A stretch of 63,595 nucleotides of DNA, filler included, from Klebsormidium nitens (taxonomy: Eukaryota > Plantae > Klebsormidiophyceae): NCBI GenBank assembly GCA_000708835.1. It is 3 parts of 3 records of this genome, joined end to end, with 100 filler letters (N's around TTAATTAATTAA, not from the genome) between each part and the next. Parts side by side here need not be neighbours in the genome. Positions count along the whole stretch, not along the records: positions 1 to 30,106 come from DF237751.1; positions 30,207 to 57,736 come from DF237601.1; 1 more part is not named here. One strand, given 5' to 3'. Made by a program: the position numbers and the translations under genes. Below are positions 23,001 to 34,835 of the stretch, piece by piece. The notes under the pieces are model-generated. The model was not told where the DNA came from and made no database searches. It was given only the letters and a program-made list of their open reading frames with translations. Numbering within the stretch: position 1 is the stretch's first letter; the number at the start of each line of letters is the position of its first letter.

Positions 23001-26000
23001 CAGAAGCGTCACCAGGGACAGCAGCCCAGCCGCGCGCCGCCTGTTGACGTTGCTTGCCGCCTCCGCTGCGTGCAGTTCTTGCACCCGGTGGCGCTCATCC
23101 CCGGCCCGTGGCAGAAGCACATCCCGCGCTGGTTCGGCCGCGCGTTCCGGCACTTCTTCGCGATCAACCCGGAGGACTTCCAGCCGCACGAGGACCACTG
23201 CATCACGCAGGCCGACCTGCGCCGCACCATCGACTTCATCAGCCTCGAAAAGGAGTCCAAGCGCGGCCAGGTCTCCGACAAGCTCTGGGCGCCCACCATC
23301 GTGAGCTGCGCCGCCACCTGCCTCGTGTCTCTTCCCTTTATTTGCCATTTACTCCTCTGTGCCAGGCGGGCAAGCTCGAAGTGTTGCCAGCAGCATCGAG
23401 CGAGATGCGCTGTGTGGCCTTCGTGGGCTGTCGTGATTGTGGCGGGGTTCAAGAGATTGACAAAGTGACGGAGTTTTGACTGGTGGAACCACAACCGGCA
23501 CCTGAGGCCGCGGCCTGGACGCCATTCATTCGGAAAGGTGTCCGTGGCATGTCTAGCTTTTCATTTTCCCCTTACTTCGGCTGCTGACACGGTCCGTGCT
23601 GGTTGCGCGCAGTGGCACACGCGGTCGTTCAAGCAGCCGTTTGCGGCGGGCCTGGTCACGACGGCGTGGATGGCCACGCTGCTGCCCAACCACCCGCCCA
23701 TCATCTCCATGTGGCTCGAAAAGTACGAGGGCGAGGTGAGGCCGCACCGCAGCGGACAGCTAGCCCTTCCAGCAACATGCGCGGTGTCTCTTGAAGCCAA
23801 GTCGGTCCTTAGCACGCATCAGAACCGTACAGGCCTTTGGGGGCCCCTGGCGCAATTGTTAGAATCAGCACCTTTGAGTTTCTAACCAGCGAAGCACCCA
23901 GTTTGCTCCGTCGCTCAACCGCCGGCCTGCTCACTAGACATTGCGGGCTTGCATACGTGCACTGTTTTCCGTCTGCAAAGGCGGGCTGTGCATCCTGCCC
24001 TCGAAATCCGCTGAACCCTTTGCATGGTCCTCCGAGATGAATCTTGCTGTTGCACTTGACGCCTTGGTGTTCCGGGGAGCGGATGAAGCATCCAATCAGC
24101 AGGTTTCGTTGATCCGCGCATTGAATCTGCGGTTGTCCACGGGTGGATGCAGTCGATCGCGGTGGTGAACATCGGGACGTGGGAGAGCACGGAGTTCACG
24201 GAGGTTGCCACGCGGCGCATGCTGGAGAAGATGCTGGTCGTGCTGGTCAGCGGCTACGTGGGCCTGCGCATGCTGCTGCCCGAGGAGATGCACGACACGC
24301 TGCTGCACGTGCGCGACATCAAGCACGCGCAGCGCCTCGCGCGCGAGATGTGCGCCTCCACCGGCTTCTCCTTCGACGATGACGTCACCATGTGGGCCGG
24401 GTCCGTGCAGGGCGAGGCCAACGCCGCGCGCCACATCAAAAAGGTGCGCGCACAGCCTTGCGACAGCGCCGTGCGCCACGTGGGCTGATCTCTTGGTAGC
24501 TGTATCAGGAGTGGCAAAGCGCAGACGTTGACATATTGCTGATTAGGCTTCACTTGAGCGCTTCGGCGAATGTCCCGAGAAGCAGGCCGTCCCGTCGTCT
24601 CCGACGCATTGCACTGGTACTTGCAAAGAATCCGAGCAGAGCATCCTCGGGGAGTCCTCAGATCACGAGCAGGCTTGGGTGCTAGGACGCGCTTTGCTCC
24701 GGGCTTCCTGACGGCTTCGCTACAGAGTGACGTTTCTAAATGCGATTCGAGTAAACGTATTACCTGACTCAACTTGCAAGCCCGGCTGTGGTGACGTTGG
24801 ACGCGCTGCTGACCCGCGGCCTGTTTGCGCGTGCAGACCAAGAGCCCGGCCATGGGGTGGGCCAAGCAGCAGGAGCTGCGCGAGATGGGGGACGTGGTGA
24901 GCACGCGCTCAAGCCCTTCATGAATCGCTTACATCGAGCCCCAGGCCGTTTCAGCGAAGCAATTCCCTGGGTGCCTGAATCCTGTTTCGTCTTGTTACGC
25001 TGATATTGAGGTGAAGCCGCTTCAGGCCCCAATGCTGACCTGTTTTGTCCCTGCTTTGCGTGCAGCTGGTAAATCTGGCGATCAACAAGGCGGCGGAGAT
25101 TCTGATTCCGCAGAAAGCCGCCATGGAGGAGCTCATGGAGCGGCTCATGGTGCACGACCGGCTCGAGAAAGAGGTCAGCACACCTGCACGCGCCCCCCAG
25201 ATATTCCGAGTTTCCCATATTTGCTGAGGATCCTTCTGGGAATAGACAGAGTAGATACTCAGCTTGTAGGTCTCTTATCAGAACGAAGAGTTGCGGCTGT
25301 GTGCCGATGGTGTTCCATGTACGAACGCTCGCTTGCTGCCTGTCTTCGCGGTGGTACAGGGCGTCTTTGAGTTGTCAGCGCTCATTGGTTACAACTCCGC
25401 CTGCCAGTCTGCCCGCCAGGTCGCGGCTAAGCTTTCTGGTCTCAGAATTTGAGCATCAAATGCTACCGTCGGATCTACGTCATACGAGGCGACGTGTGGG
25501 GTTCTAAAACTCGGATGCATACATTGGCGGCTGTGCTCCCGGATGATGGACACGGCTGGGCTTGGTCCCTCGGCAGTCTCTGGTGCTGCTGCGGAGCCTG
25601 AGCGTGCCCCGTGCTGTGTGCAGGACATTGAGGCGCACATGCGCAAGCACAACGTGCAGCCGGTGGACGAGTTCTGGCTCACGCCGGGCGGGCGCTACTC
25701 GGTGAGCACCGCCCAGCAGCTGCATACAGGCGAACGATGCTTCGGGTCCTGTTGCACCGATGCTTAGGGCTACGATAAGAGTTTTGAGAAGCCTTCCATG
25801 CAATCTCTTACGCTGGAGCTGTCGTGATTGTTTGCGTGACGAGCGGCTACGAGCCAGACACCAGAGCATTGCCAGTCCGCTCCAACTCTATGATTGTGTC
25901 CCTCATTGCCACTAACATTAAGATGAAGAACTGAAGGGGACATGCATCATCGAGTTTGTGATCGTTCTTGTCTCTTTAGCCACTTGCCTTAACTTTGATT

Positions 26001-26297
26001 GATTGTGTCCGTCCGCAGATCCCCGAGCCCGAGGGTCGGCGCTTCTCGCCGGGCGGCATCATCCCGGACCCCGTCGGCACGCCGGTGGACCTGGGCCCCA
26101 AGCGGCTGACGCTGGCGGCCCTGGGCACCAAGTACGCGCGCAAGTACAAGCAGATCATCAAGCGCGGCGGCTACGTGCCCGCCGACCGTTGGGACGACCC
26201 GGCCCTGGAGGGCAAGACCTGGGTCTCTGCGCCTGACTTCGCCACCGAAAATGTGCTCGAGGTGACCGTGGAAAAGGCAGGCGTGGGCCAGTTTTAA
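17041..26297 (+). CDS. FtsHi5: Plastid FtsH-like AAA ATPase lacking HExxH (FtsHi5-like), 16 exons, ~1088 aa
   Basis: Exons 17041-17628, 18567-18719, 19220-19441, 20142-20285, 20644-20862, 21229-21360, 21699-21875, 22147-22473, 22679-22819, 23076-23300, 23613-23735, 24153-24443, 24837-24896, 25066-25173, 25624-25701 and 26019-26297. It has a TM segment, Walker A GAPGTGKT, Walker B IFLDEID and [23 protein letters not shown]. The HExxH position reads [26 protein letters not shown]...[14 protein letters not shown] and LEKMLV...MLLP resemble FtsHi5 as I recall it. The subfamily call is less certain than the family call. Confidence 0.85.
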
Positions 26298-27603
26298 CGA
26301 GAGCACGTCTGATTGCACGTCAGGTTGGGCATTTGGCGTCTAGAGGCCGACTGATATCGGTAGAACCTGCCAAACAGACTGCAAAGAACGCACTGCATGC
26401 ATCTTCCGGTTCAAACGGGGACAAAAGTATTGTATTTGATATTGAAAGTACGTGGCGGTTTCCACGTACATCTGCAGAGGAGAGCAAATGTATCCGCCGG
26501 GCTGTCTCGCCTTAGCATCATTGTTACAGTTGGAGCCCTATTTGTCTTGATTCTATCATGTGTACTTACTAGTGCGCATGGCCTGACTGAATGTGTACTA
26601 ATTGATTATCTAGCTGTGTGTGCGGTTCATGATGATGGGCGTCATTCTTACGTTGGAAATGCACGCCGGGTAGGTTGGCGTTGACTGGCGGGCAAGAGCA
26701 TGGGCCCGTCCGATTGATCGACTGCTTTCAAAGAGGACATGGTTGCATGCCCATTGAACCGTCCGTGTCGATCGAACGTTAATAATACTTTAGAAATTAC
26801 CATATATATAATTAGTACCGTATGTCTGAGCAGTGCCGGGCCTGCCTGTGTGGCATATAGAGTGACCGACAATGATAGGGAACTCAGGCTGCATGAGATC
26901 CGCGCCGCCGCGCACGTTGTTATTCTATAGCTGCATCATTGTATAAACGAGACATTTCTAAAGTGCACTAAGTACGATTGATCGTTTAGAATTTGACGAA
27001 GCTATAGGATAACCGCGTCAACGTGGGCTAGATATATCTTGCGGCGGCCCATGCGGCCATCATTGATGCATATATGCGCACCCGGCCGGCTGGCACATGG
27101 GCCGCCATTTGCCAGACCTTACCTCTGACAGCCTGATTGATTGAATATACTAATACTAATGCTTTAAAAAGGCATGCTGGCAACTTACTTTGTTTCAATG
27201 CAACTAATGAGTCTGCAACAGGATCGGCGGCGAGACCGGACGGTCCATGCAAAATATGCAAATTAACCAGGCTACTGCATACATTTCTAGTTTATGATCG
27301 ACATAACCGAGGCTCGGTCACATTTGGCAAACTTGGACATAGTTGTATATCTGAAGATGCTACTTTCAATATGGAAAATGTGTGCCCTCATTGCATGCAT
27401 GCAACTAGATTGAGCTACTTCGAAGCTGGTTGAATCCAGAACCACGGCTGGCGACCCACCGTCATCATGGTAGCGGAACTTCCGTGCATGCCAGAACCCA
27501 GGCTGGCCGGGCACAATGTTTGGATGGTCAGTCTAATAGGAATCTATCTCTACTCGTGCATCGCTTCAAATACGAGTAGAGGCGTTCTATCTGCAAGAGG
27601 ATC

Positions 27604-29547
27604 CTATGCCTTGGCAGCAACGCTGGCGATGAGGTCAGCAGCCTCTTGTACAGTTTGGATCGTCCCCGCGCTCTCCTCGTCCAACTCAACTCCAAACTCC
27701 TCCTCAAGGGCCATCATGATTTCGACCTGCATTCAACAGAAAGCTTGAATTGAGCTCTTATACAAACCTTTCAAAGTCTGAACATCACTGTTCTGCATAC
27801 TGCCTCGCAAATTCGTCTACAGCCAAAGCTCAAACACAATGGATTGCAATATTTGCAAACGGGCAATTCAGGCAGTGCACCGACCTGAAAAGAAATGAAA
27901 ATGTTCTCGGCTCCGGAGGCAAGCATAGCTGCCCTGCATACTCATACATGTGGGAGGAGACCATCACGAGGAGGCCCTCCAAGCTGAAAACATCACGTCA
28001 CGCTCCCTAACCCATGCTCCAATCACTCTTTCTGCTGAACATGAGGGCTGCCATGCTTGCCAAGTGAAGAAGGCGCCGCTCTGGCGACCCACGCCTGTAA
28101 CAAGATGAGGCACTTACGGTGTCTAGGGAGTCGGCATCCAGCTCCTTGAAGGTGGTCGCTGGCGTAATCTTGGCCTCATCCTTTGCTAGTTGCCCCGCAA
28201 TGATCTTCCGCACCTTGGCCAGATCCGCCTCGCTAGCCTGCACCCCACCCACTATGATCAGCCGCGGTAGTACCACTCGACAGCGCCGCACCGCAGATGG
28301 ATGGTGCACCTTCTATCAACCCGCGTGGAAGAGTTGCAGAGAAAACAAAGAGACTCCACTGCCAACAGTGCGCGAGCTCCAGTCCCCGGCTGAAAATGCT
28401 CGACTGGCCATGCGCAAATGCACTGCAACTAGGAAACCCTAATTTCTCTGGTTAGGACATGTCTTTGAATTTGAAACTCTTGAACTCTTCAGAGACAATG
28501 CTGGCAGTCGCAGAGTGTGCCAAGCTGCGTCCTGCAACACCCCACGGCAGCAGCCGATTGCATGTGGCACAGGGGCGCAGTGCAGACCAGGGCGAATCGG
28601 AGCTTCTTGTCTTCTACAATGCAATGTTTTGCGCCATGAACAAGGAATGCCAGTCGGGCTCTGCGAGCGACCGCAATGTAGCTCACCTTTACCAGCAAAC
28701 GGCCCTGTAAAATCAATGAATCACAGCAGCTGCATTCTGCAATCCTGCAGCCATTTCGGGCAAATACATTCTTAATGGGCAGCCAGTTAGAGGTCACCTT
28801 ACCGCTGCTACGATGGTCCCCTTGCTGCATGGTGTGGCAGTGTACAGGCTCGCTTGCTTCTTAACAAAAACGCCAGAGACCGCCTTCAAACCCGAGAAGG
28901 CAGCAGGGGCAGAACACCGCTGTAAAACAAAGTAGCGACAGGAACGAACATCTGGTACTGCTCTCAGGATGGACATAGCTTACGAGCCGGGAGATCAGAT
29001 GGGCCAACTTTGAGCACAGCAAAATATAGAAAGAGCCCAAGCACCTCTCCATTGCAGAAGTGCGAAATCATGGCTTTAGGGACGGAGCAATGAACTTTTT
29101 GACAGACTTTTCGCTCAAGCCGAGCCCTTATCGGTGAGAAGACATCAGGCGCCCGGGGCGGAGCTACCCACTGGTCGTCGTGCGGACAAGGAACCCCGTC
29201 CAACCAACAGGCATTTCTCTGTAAATAGGAGGATGTGGCAGGGTGCTTCTATACTGAAGCTTTCCTTGCAAATCAGCAACCAAGATCTACACTTTGATTT
29301 AACATGTGCTGCTTCCGCATCTCACACGAGCTGAGAGTTCGATACCTTTAGGGCTTCAGGCCCCAGAATGCCATCTGTGAGAAGATAGAAAAGCAATGCA
29401 GCTCTTGCTGGTTCCTAAAGAACGCCAATGTCGGATGAGCCCCGATGCCCGAGGTCATATGGAGCTCACCTGAGCAGGTCTAGCGGCAATGGCCCTAACA
29501 CCAGCAACCTGTGAGATAGACCCAACAGCAATGGTGGAGGAAGCCAT
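27604..29547 (-). CDS. ACP: Plastid acyl carrier protein, 4 exons, 145 aa
   Basis: Exons 29547-29470, 28919-28803, 28237-28118 and 27726-27604. Transit peptide [12 protein letters not shown]..., followed by [27 protein letters not shown] with the phosphopantetheine Ser (DSL). Confidence 0.92.
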
Positions 29548-30106
29548 GGTTTTCAGACACCCTGCAGATCTTTGGGAAGAGATGGGAAGGCGGCTTTGAC
29601 GTGCGGGGTACCGTCTTTGAACTTGGACTTTGAAGGTCGATCGGATGCACAAATGAAGGACTCACAGCCTGCTGCCTATAGGAGCTTCAGCCCTTCGATC
29701 AGTGCCGCAACTTCAAAGTTCTTCAAGTTCAAGGTCCGCCTGTGTTTACCCAGTCAATCCTCAGGGGCCTACATGCTTATCCACGTGACCATCGGAGGGC
29801 GTTGAGTGGTCATCAAATACACGTCGACATGTGCATCGGCCAAATCAGCAACTAGCTGCGGCAACGTTCAGAGAGAAGGTTTGGTTGCTAACCACTTCAC
29901 GGTTAGTTTGCAATCATTCCAGTTTGGCCGAAAACCCTGAAACCCTAAAATCCAAAAACCTGATGGAGGTCATAACGATGCAATTTTAACTTCAAGTTTT
30001 AACTGTAAAGCAGCTCTTTCGCGTTCCAATGGGGATTGGTGAAGTCAGCTGTTGGGCGAGCGGCCGCAGGCCGGGGTCGAATACGGCCCTATGGTGCGTC
30101 GTACGG

Positions 30107-30206
30107 NNNNNNNNNNNNNNNNNNNNNNNNNNNNNNNNNNNNNNNNNNNNTTAATTAATTAANNNNNNNNNNNNNNNNNNNNNNNNNNNNNNNNNNNNNN
30201 NNNNNN
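30107..30206. other. Artificial assembly spacer (N44-TTAATTAATTAA-N44)
   Basis: Exactly 100 bp with a central 12-mer that has stops in all six frames; an identical spacer lies at 57737-57836. Confidence 0.95.
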
Positions 30207-30991
30207 GTGTTGCTTTTGAGCGTCGCCTGTGAGCGCGGCCGCACATGACATCACGATCAAGTGTTCCAATTTGAAGGACTGGTTTGCATCATTCCCACCA
30301 GAGCTTGCAAATTTCGCATTAGATGCAAGTACACTGGAGGGCTGTAGCGGATGGTTCTGAACGGACACAACGATTTTCCCGTTTTCCGGGTAGTTTGTCT
30401 CTATAGTTGACATACGACACAGATGAGCATAAGAACATGCAATCTGAAAGCCTCTCATATACAAGCTAACACTGCAATTTTTTCTGACGATACCTTTTGA
30501 AAATTGCTTGTTATCTGTGTATGTGCGCGTAGACCATACCGAGAGATTTTCCTTATGATTGATGGTCGGGGTTTGCACAAATATATCACCCCGGAATCTC
30601 TGTATTATGATAAAGTAAAGAATCTGGTCCAGACATTGCACACAGGATTTCTCGATGACTTATCGAAACAGGTCACTGCAAGTATGATAGTTGGCGACAA
30701 AGATAGACCATTGCACAGGCGCCCGACTTAGAAACCTATTAGGCAGGCACTGATTCAAACAATCGCTTCTCAGTTCAGTTCAATTTACTTAGATACAAAT
30801 CATGAAACCCGTCATGGTTGAGGCGCGCGCATACGCGGATAACAAGCAAAATTTCAAAAGGTTTATGAAAACAAATAATGTCGACTTAGCCTCTCTATGG
30901 GGAGGCTTGGATTTGTCTTGCGCTCTGCGTATCCGCGTACAGAAGCCTTCCAGCCTACTGCAAGTGTCAAGGGTAATATAACAAGGCAAAC

Positions 30992-31660
30992 CTAAACCTG
31001 ATCTCTGAACTCACAGACATTATACAAAGTGTGAACCCCCACAAGCAACGCTACCACAAGCAACCCCTTGTCTACATGATCGGGTAAGCGGATGATCTCT
31101 CTGTGCACAGTTCCTCCAATCTCGACCGCTTCGTGAATCTCTCTTATCAACGGGTCGTCCTTGAAATTCTCTTCGGCGTCCGGTGGCTGATCAGCCTTCC
31201 ATGCCATCTCTAGTCGATACGAAAAAGGGGGTTTGAAGTGACTACGGTGCGCCAGATTGCGCTTCTGGAGGTTGGCGCTGCAGCCGTACTTGTACAGCTT
31301 TGCCGACTCGTGGATGCAAGCGAGATAGAGGCAACCTTGCCCCTCAAACAGCATCTCGAGCTCCTTCTTGCGCAGTAACTGTTGGTTCGGGGCCGCTGTG
31401 GTGAGCTCCACGTACGCATCTCGAATTGCCCTGAAGAGGGCTCTGACCCGGTCGCCGGCCTCGGTACGTGCTCCCATGGCAAAACTCTCGAATGCTTTGG
31501 TGGTTAGATAGTACTTGTCAGGGGCTGGCCCACGTCGAGAAACCCCCTCACACGGAGGGGGGTTAGGGGAGCCGCCGTCGATAAACGTGTAATCCGTGTC
31601 AACAACAAAATGCATTTTGAGTGAGCGGAGAGCCGTGTCCTTCCTCCCGTGCTGCAGTCA
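30992..31660 (-). CDS. Giant-virus-like antirepressor (MSV199/AntA-like) plus GIY-YIG/T5orf172-like protein
   Basis: RKDTALRSLKMHFVVDTDY...YYLTTKAFESFAMGART.AG.RVR.LF.AI matches the phage-antirepressor-like N-terminus common in NCLDVs. LYLACI...LYKYGCSANLQKR...H matches GIY-YIG/T5orf172-like C-termini. The frame is open ~45 nt upstream of the ATG, back to an in-frame TGA or a possible TGCAG acceptor. Confidence 0.6.
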
Positions 31661-31755
31661 AGTGAATATCTCTGCGCTTCGCGACACTTCGTGGCACTTC
31701 GTAAAACTTTCTGGGCAACGATGCCTTTTTCTAGACTTCACAAGTATAACGTGCC

Positions 31756-33135
31756 TTGCCAAACTTGACGTTTGCTTGCTCGGTGCTGCCAACACCTGCC
31801 AACACGAGCCGTTGCTCAACCGCCGCGACAGCTGCAAACGTACTTAGGGGAACGTTGTGGTGCCAGAAAAGCACTTTCAATATGACAGCTCTCGTCAGCC
31901 ATGTTTTTGCACACCCCAGCGTCCAGGCGATCGACGTGAGCCAGTTGGAAGGTTGGCAGGACTCGAAGAAGAACGACGGTCCCGAGCAGTTTGTGTGCGA
32001 CTTCGCCGGTTGTAGCAAGACATTCACCGGCAAGGGATACCTCAGGCGCCATTTAAGCTCGCACTCGGAGCAGAACGCACCACCAGCAAGTTACGAGGGT
32101 TGGAGGCAGCACCACGAGTACGTGCACATCTACGGACTACCGGACGGACGAGTCTGGAGTTGCGAGGCCGGGCGCTTCTTGAAGGGTACGAAGCTTAATG
32201 GCTACATCGTGCTGAGGATCGACGGGAAGCGTATCCAACGCCACCGCCTCAACTTCGAGATCGCGTATGGGCGCGCGATTCTTCCCGGGATGGATGTCGA
32301 CCACATCGTCCCATCACCTATACCAGAGGATGGATCGGAACAGTCGCCTCAAGACGACTCCTGGTGTAATTTACAGGAGCTAAGTAGGCTAGAACACAAC
32401 CGCAAGACCTTGAAGGACAATCCCGGGGCCGGAAAGAAGAGAAGTGTCACGAGGGGCTTCCCAGTGATTGCGCGTCACGTCGCGAGCGGCAGAGAGGTGC
32501 GGTACGTTTCGGTTAGTGCTGCTGCATCAACTCTGGGGCTCGTCCGGGAACCGGTGTCGAGGCGTATCCAGCGAGGTTCGAGCGTGGAGTACGGTGGGCA
32601 CGTGTTCCGTAGGTGTCCCGAGCATGTTGCCGAGCAAGAGGACATGCCTGGCGAAGAATGGAAGGATGCGAAGTTGCATGGGAGGCTGCTGAGAGGCACT
32701 AAGGTCAGCAACCTAGGCCGCGTTCAGCTCTGTGACGGGAGGCGCACGGAGGGCAGAATTGAGCACGGGCGGCATAGGGTCGGGCTTCAAGTGGACGGGC
32801 ACCGGAAGGATGTTTTCGTCTACGTCCTCATCGCCCACACGTTCATCGGACCACCACCGAGCGACAAGCACACGGTCGACCACATCGACGGCAACTGTTG
32901 TCACAACGTGATCGGGAACCTGCACTGGGCGACCGTCGAGGAGCAGACTCGGAACACAAAGCGCAATAGGGCCGTCCGCAAGCACAATCTCCAGGGGACG
33001 CTTCTGCAGACATATGGCACAGTTGCAGAGGCAGCAGAGAAGAACGACGTGTCGTATGGGAGGGTTCACTATGCTGCAACCACAGGCAGCACGGACACCG
33101 GTTTCCGCTGGGAGTTTGTGAAGCGTGTTACATAA
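31756..33135 (+). CDS. C2H2 zinc finger plus tandem HNH homing-endonuclease-like protein (HNH-NUMOD1-NUMOD4-HNH-NUMOD1)
   Basis: Intronless; first ATG at 31882. Motifs in order: FVCDFAGCSKTFTGKGYLRRHLSSH (C2H2); HRL...DVDHI...NLQELSRLEHN (HNH 1); YVSVSAAASTLGL; EEWKD...VSNLGRV (NUMOD4); TVDHIDGNCCHNVIGNLHWAT (HNH 2); TYGTVAEAAE...GFRWEF (NUMOD1-like). Confidence 0.8.
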   Translation: MPNLTFACSVLPTPANTSRCSTAATAANVLRGTLWCQKSTFNMTALVSHVFAHPSVQAIDVSQLEGWQDSKKNDGPEQFVCDFAGCSKTFTGKGYLRRHLSSHSEQNAPPASYEGWRQHHEYVHIYGLPDGRVWSCEAGRFLKGTKLNGYIVLRIDGKRIQRHRLNFEIAYGRAILPGMDVDHIVPSPIPEDGSEQSPQDDSWCNLQELSRLEHNRKTLKDNPGAGKKRSVTRGFPVIARHVASGREVRYVSVSAAASTLGLVREPVSRRIQRGSSVEYGGHVFRRCPEHVAEQEDMPGEEWKDAKLHGRLLRGTKVSNLGRVQLCDGRRTEGRIEHGRHRVGLQVDGHRKDVFVYVLIAHTFIGPPPSDKHTVDHIDGNCCHNVIGNLHWATVEEQTRNTKRNRAVRKHNLQGTLLQTYGTVAEAAEKNDVSYGRVHYAATTGSTDTGFRWEFVKRVT

Positions 33136-33235
33136 CATCCATATTGACACAAAAACCTTCCCAACTCATGCCAACCCTCAAGCTAGCTCACATCGACTGC
33201 CTGGAGCGTCGGAGAGCGTCTCCTCGAGAGAGTTT

Positions 33236-34395
33236 TCACCACAATATCAGTTGCCTCACCAACCGGGCAAATCCGCGCGACACTTTCGACGAAACTGGTA
33301 ATAAGCTCTTGGAGATGGCGCCGTCTGCCCACTGTGCCAGTGCTGTTTCATCGCCTCCAAAGAGATCCAGGAGGTATGCCACCTCATAGGTGGTCCACTC
33401 GGAAGTGGCAACCTCATCCTTCACTTCTCTTACCATTCCCTGCTCGCTCAGATGCGCAAGAATCATGGGACCTGAGGTCTTCTGCCCCTTCTGTACATCA
33501 GACGGCTCTTCAACGCTCAGGCGTGCGGACTGATCACCAGGACCTATATCCGGTTCTTCCAACTTATAGATCCTCTCATAAAGGTCCTGCTGTTCATCCA
33601 GAAGCTTTCTGAAGTACTCTTTCGCAAGGGCTGGCATAGCACCAAACGAGGGATAGCAGAGAGTCAGGCTCCGCAGATCCCTCGCCACCTGAGTGAAATA
33701 GACTCCCCGCTGAAAGTAAAGGCACTCTTTGTCCCAATCCAGATGAATGTACTCCTTGTTGATGCGCGCTGCAGTCTCGGCAATGTCTGCTAAGGTGCGC
33801 ACAACTTCAGCACCAAAAGCTGTATCCAAGCGCTCCAGCGTCCCATCCTCGATGACGAGAGGTTTCAGATATGTCCGCATATCCTTTGACTGCCTGCACA
33901 GCGCAGTTGATTACAGAATGAACAATAACTGGTAATGAGCTAGAAGTTACAATGTCTTGTGCTTCTGTTCATCCGTAGTGGCAGTTGATTACAGAAGGAA
34001 CAACATAATCTAACTGGTATGGGAGAGGAGCACAGAACTTACAAGCAATTGTATGGAAGAAGAGCAATACAAGACAATAAGCATTCTGCTCTGGCATGGT
34101 TTGTGCACATACACAGATGACAAGCAAATTTCAAAAGGTATTGTCAGAATTGAAATGCAGAGTTAGCCCATATAGAGACAGCCTTCAAATGCCTTGTGCT
34201 TCTGTTCATCCGTAGTGGCAGTTGATTACAGAAGGAAGAACATTCTAACTACTATTCTTCCTGGCACGCTTTGCGCATATGCAGATAACAAGCAGACTAT
34301 GCTCATCTGCAGTTGAGCCAAAAGCAAAACATAAGCAAACTCTTACCTAGCTGCGCAGCACCACTCCCGTGCGTCTTCAATGCTCAACCCAGCAC
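33236..34395 (-). CDS. Uncharacterised spliced gene, last two exons (5' exons unresolved, possibly up to 35499)
   Basis: Exon 34395-34347 (AGLSIEDAREWCCAAR) splices in frame (phase 2) to exon 33893-33236. The C-terminal WTTYEVAYLLDLFG...GAISKSLL is weakly SAM-like. The coiled-coil ORF 35499-35308, with a GT donor at ~35321, may be exon 1. Confidence 0.45.
33895..34300. repeat. Intronic repeat shared with the KDZ intron (40350-40620) and with 30435-30545 (inverted)
   Basis: TGCTTCTGTTCATCCGTAGTGGCAGTT(G/A)ATTACAGAAGGAA and GCATTCTGCTCTGGCATGGTTTG.GCACATACACAGATGACA.GCAAATTTCAAAAGGTATTG occur at both 34.0-34.25 kb and 40.4-40.6 kb. A reverse-complement copy lies at ~30470-30530. Confidence 0.85.
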
Positions 34396-34589
34396 CTGCA
34401 TCCAATGCAAAATATTGCATTGCATTTCAACCCATGTGCGGACTTCACTCCATGCGATGCAATTGTGTTTAGACTGCAGTCAGAGCTACTGTGATGATGA
34501 AGAGCTGTAAAGGCCACAGCGTGAAGCGTATATCGACGTGCGTGCAAATAACTGTCGTCAGATTTACTGTGACTGCTATGACATTTAAA

Positions 34590-34835
34590 ACAGAAAGCGC
34601 GGAGCAATACCACCCCTAAAACAGAAAGCGCAATGCCAATGCAATGCCACCCAACACAGAGAGCGCTGAGCAATGCCACCCCTAAAACAGAAAGCGCAAT
34701 GCCAATGCAATGCCACCCAACACAGAAAAGCGCAACCCATGCCAATGCAATGCCACCCAACCCGACACAGAAAGCGCTAAGCCGTGCCAACCCCTAAAAC
34801 AGAAAGTGCGGAGTCATACCAACCCCTAAAAAGAA
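34590..34835. repeat. 66-bp tandem repeat (30-33-bp subunits)
   Basis: CCACCCCTAAAACAGAAAGCGCAATGCCAATGCAATGCCACCCAACACAGA recurs at ~34610 and ~34676, followed by degenerate copies. On the minus strand it reads as 22-aa hydrophobic units (CVGWHCIGIALSVLGVALLSAL). Confidence 0.8.

Noticed and set aside
17145-24904. Many overlapping GC-rich ORFs on both strands within the FtsHi locus
   Set aside because: Alternative-frame and antisense artefacts of GC3-rich exons.
30151-30162. TTAATTAATTAA as a biological motif (also at 57781-57792)
   Set aside because: Centred in exactly 100-bp N spacers, so it is a synthetic linker.
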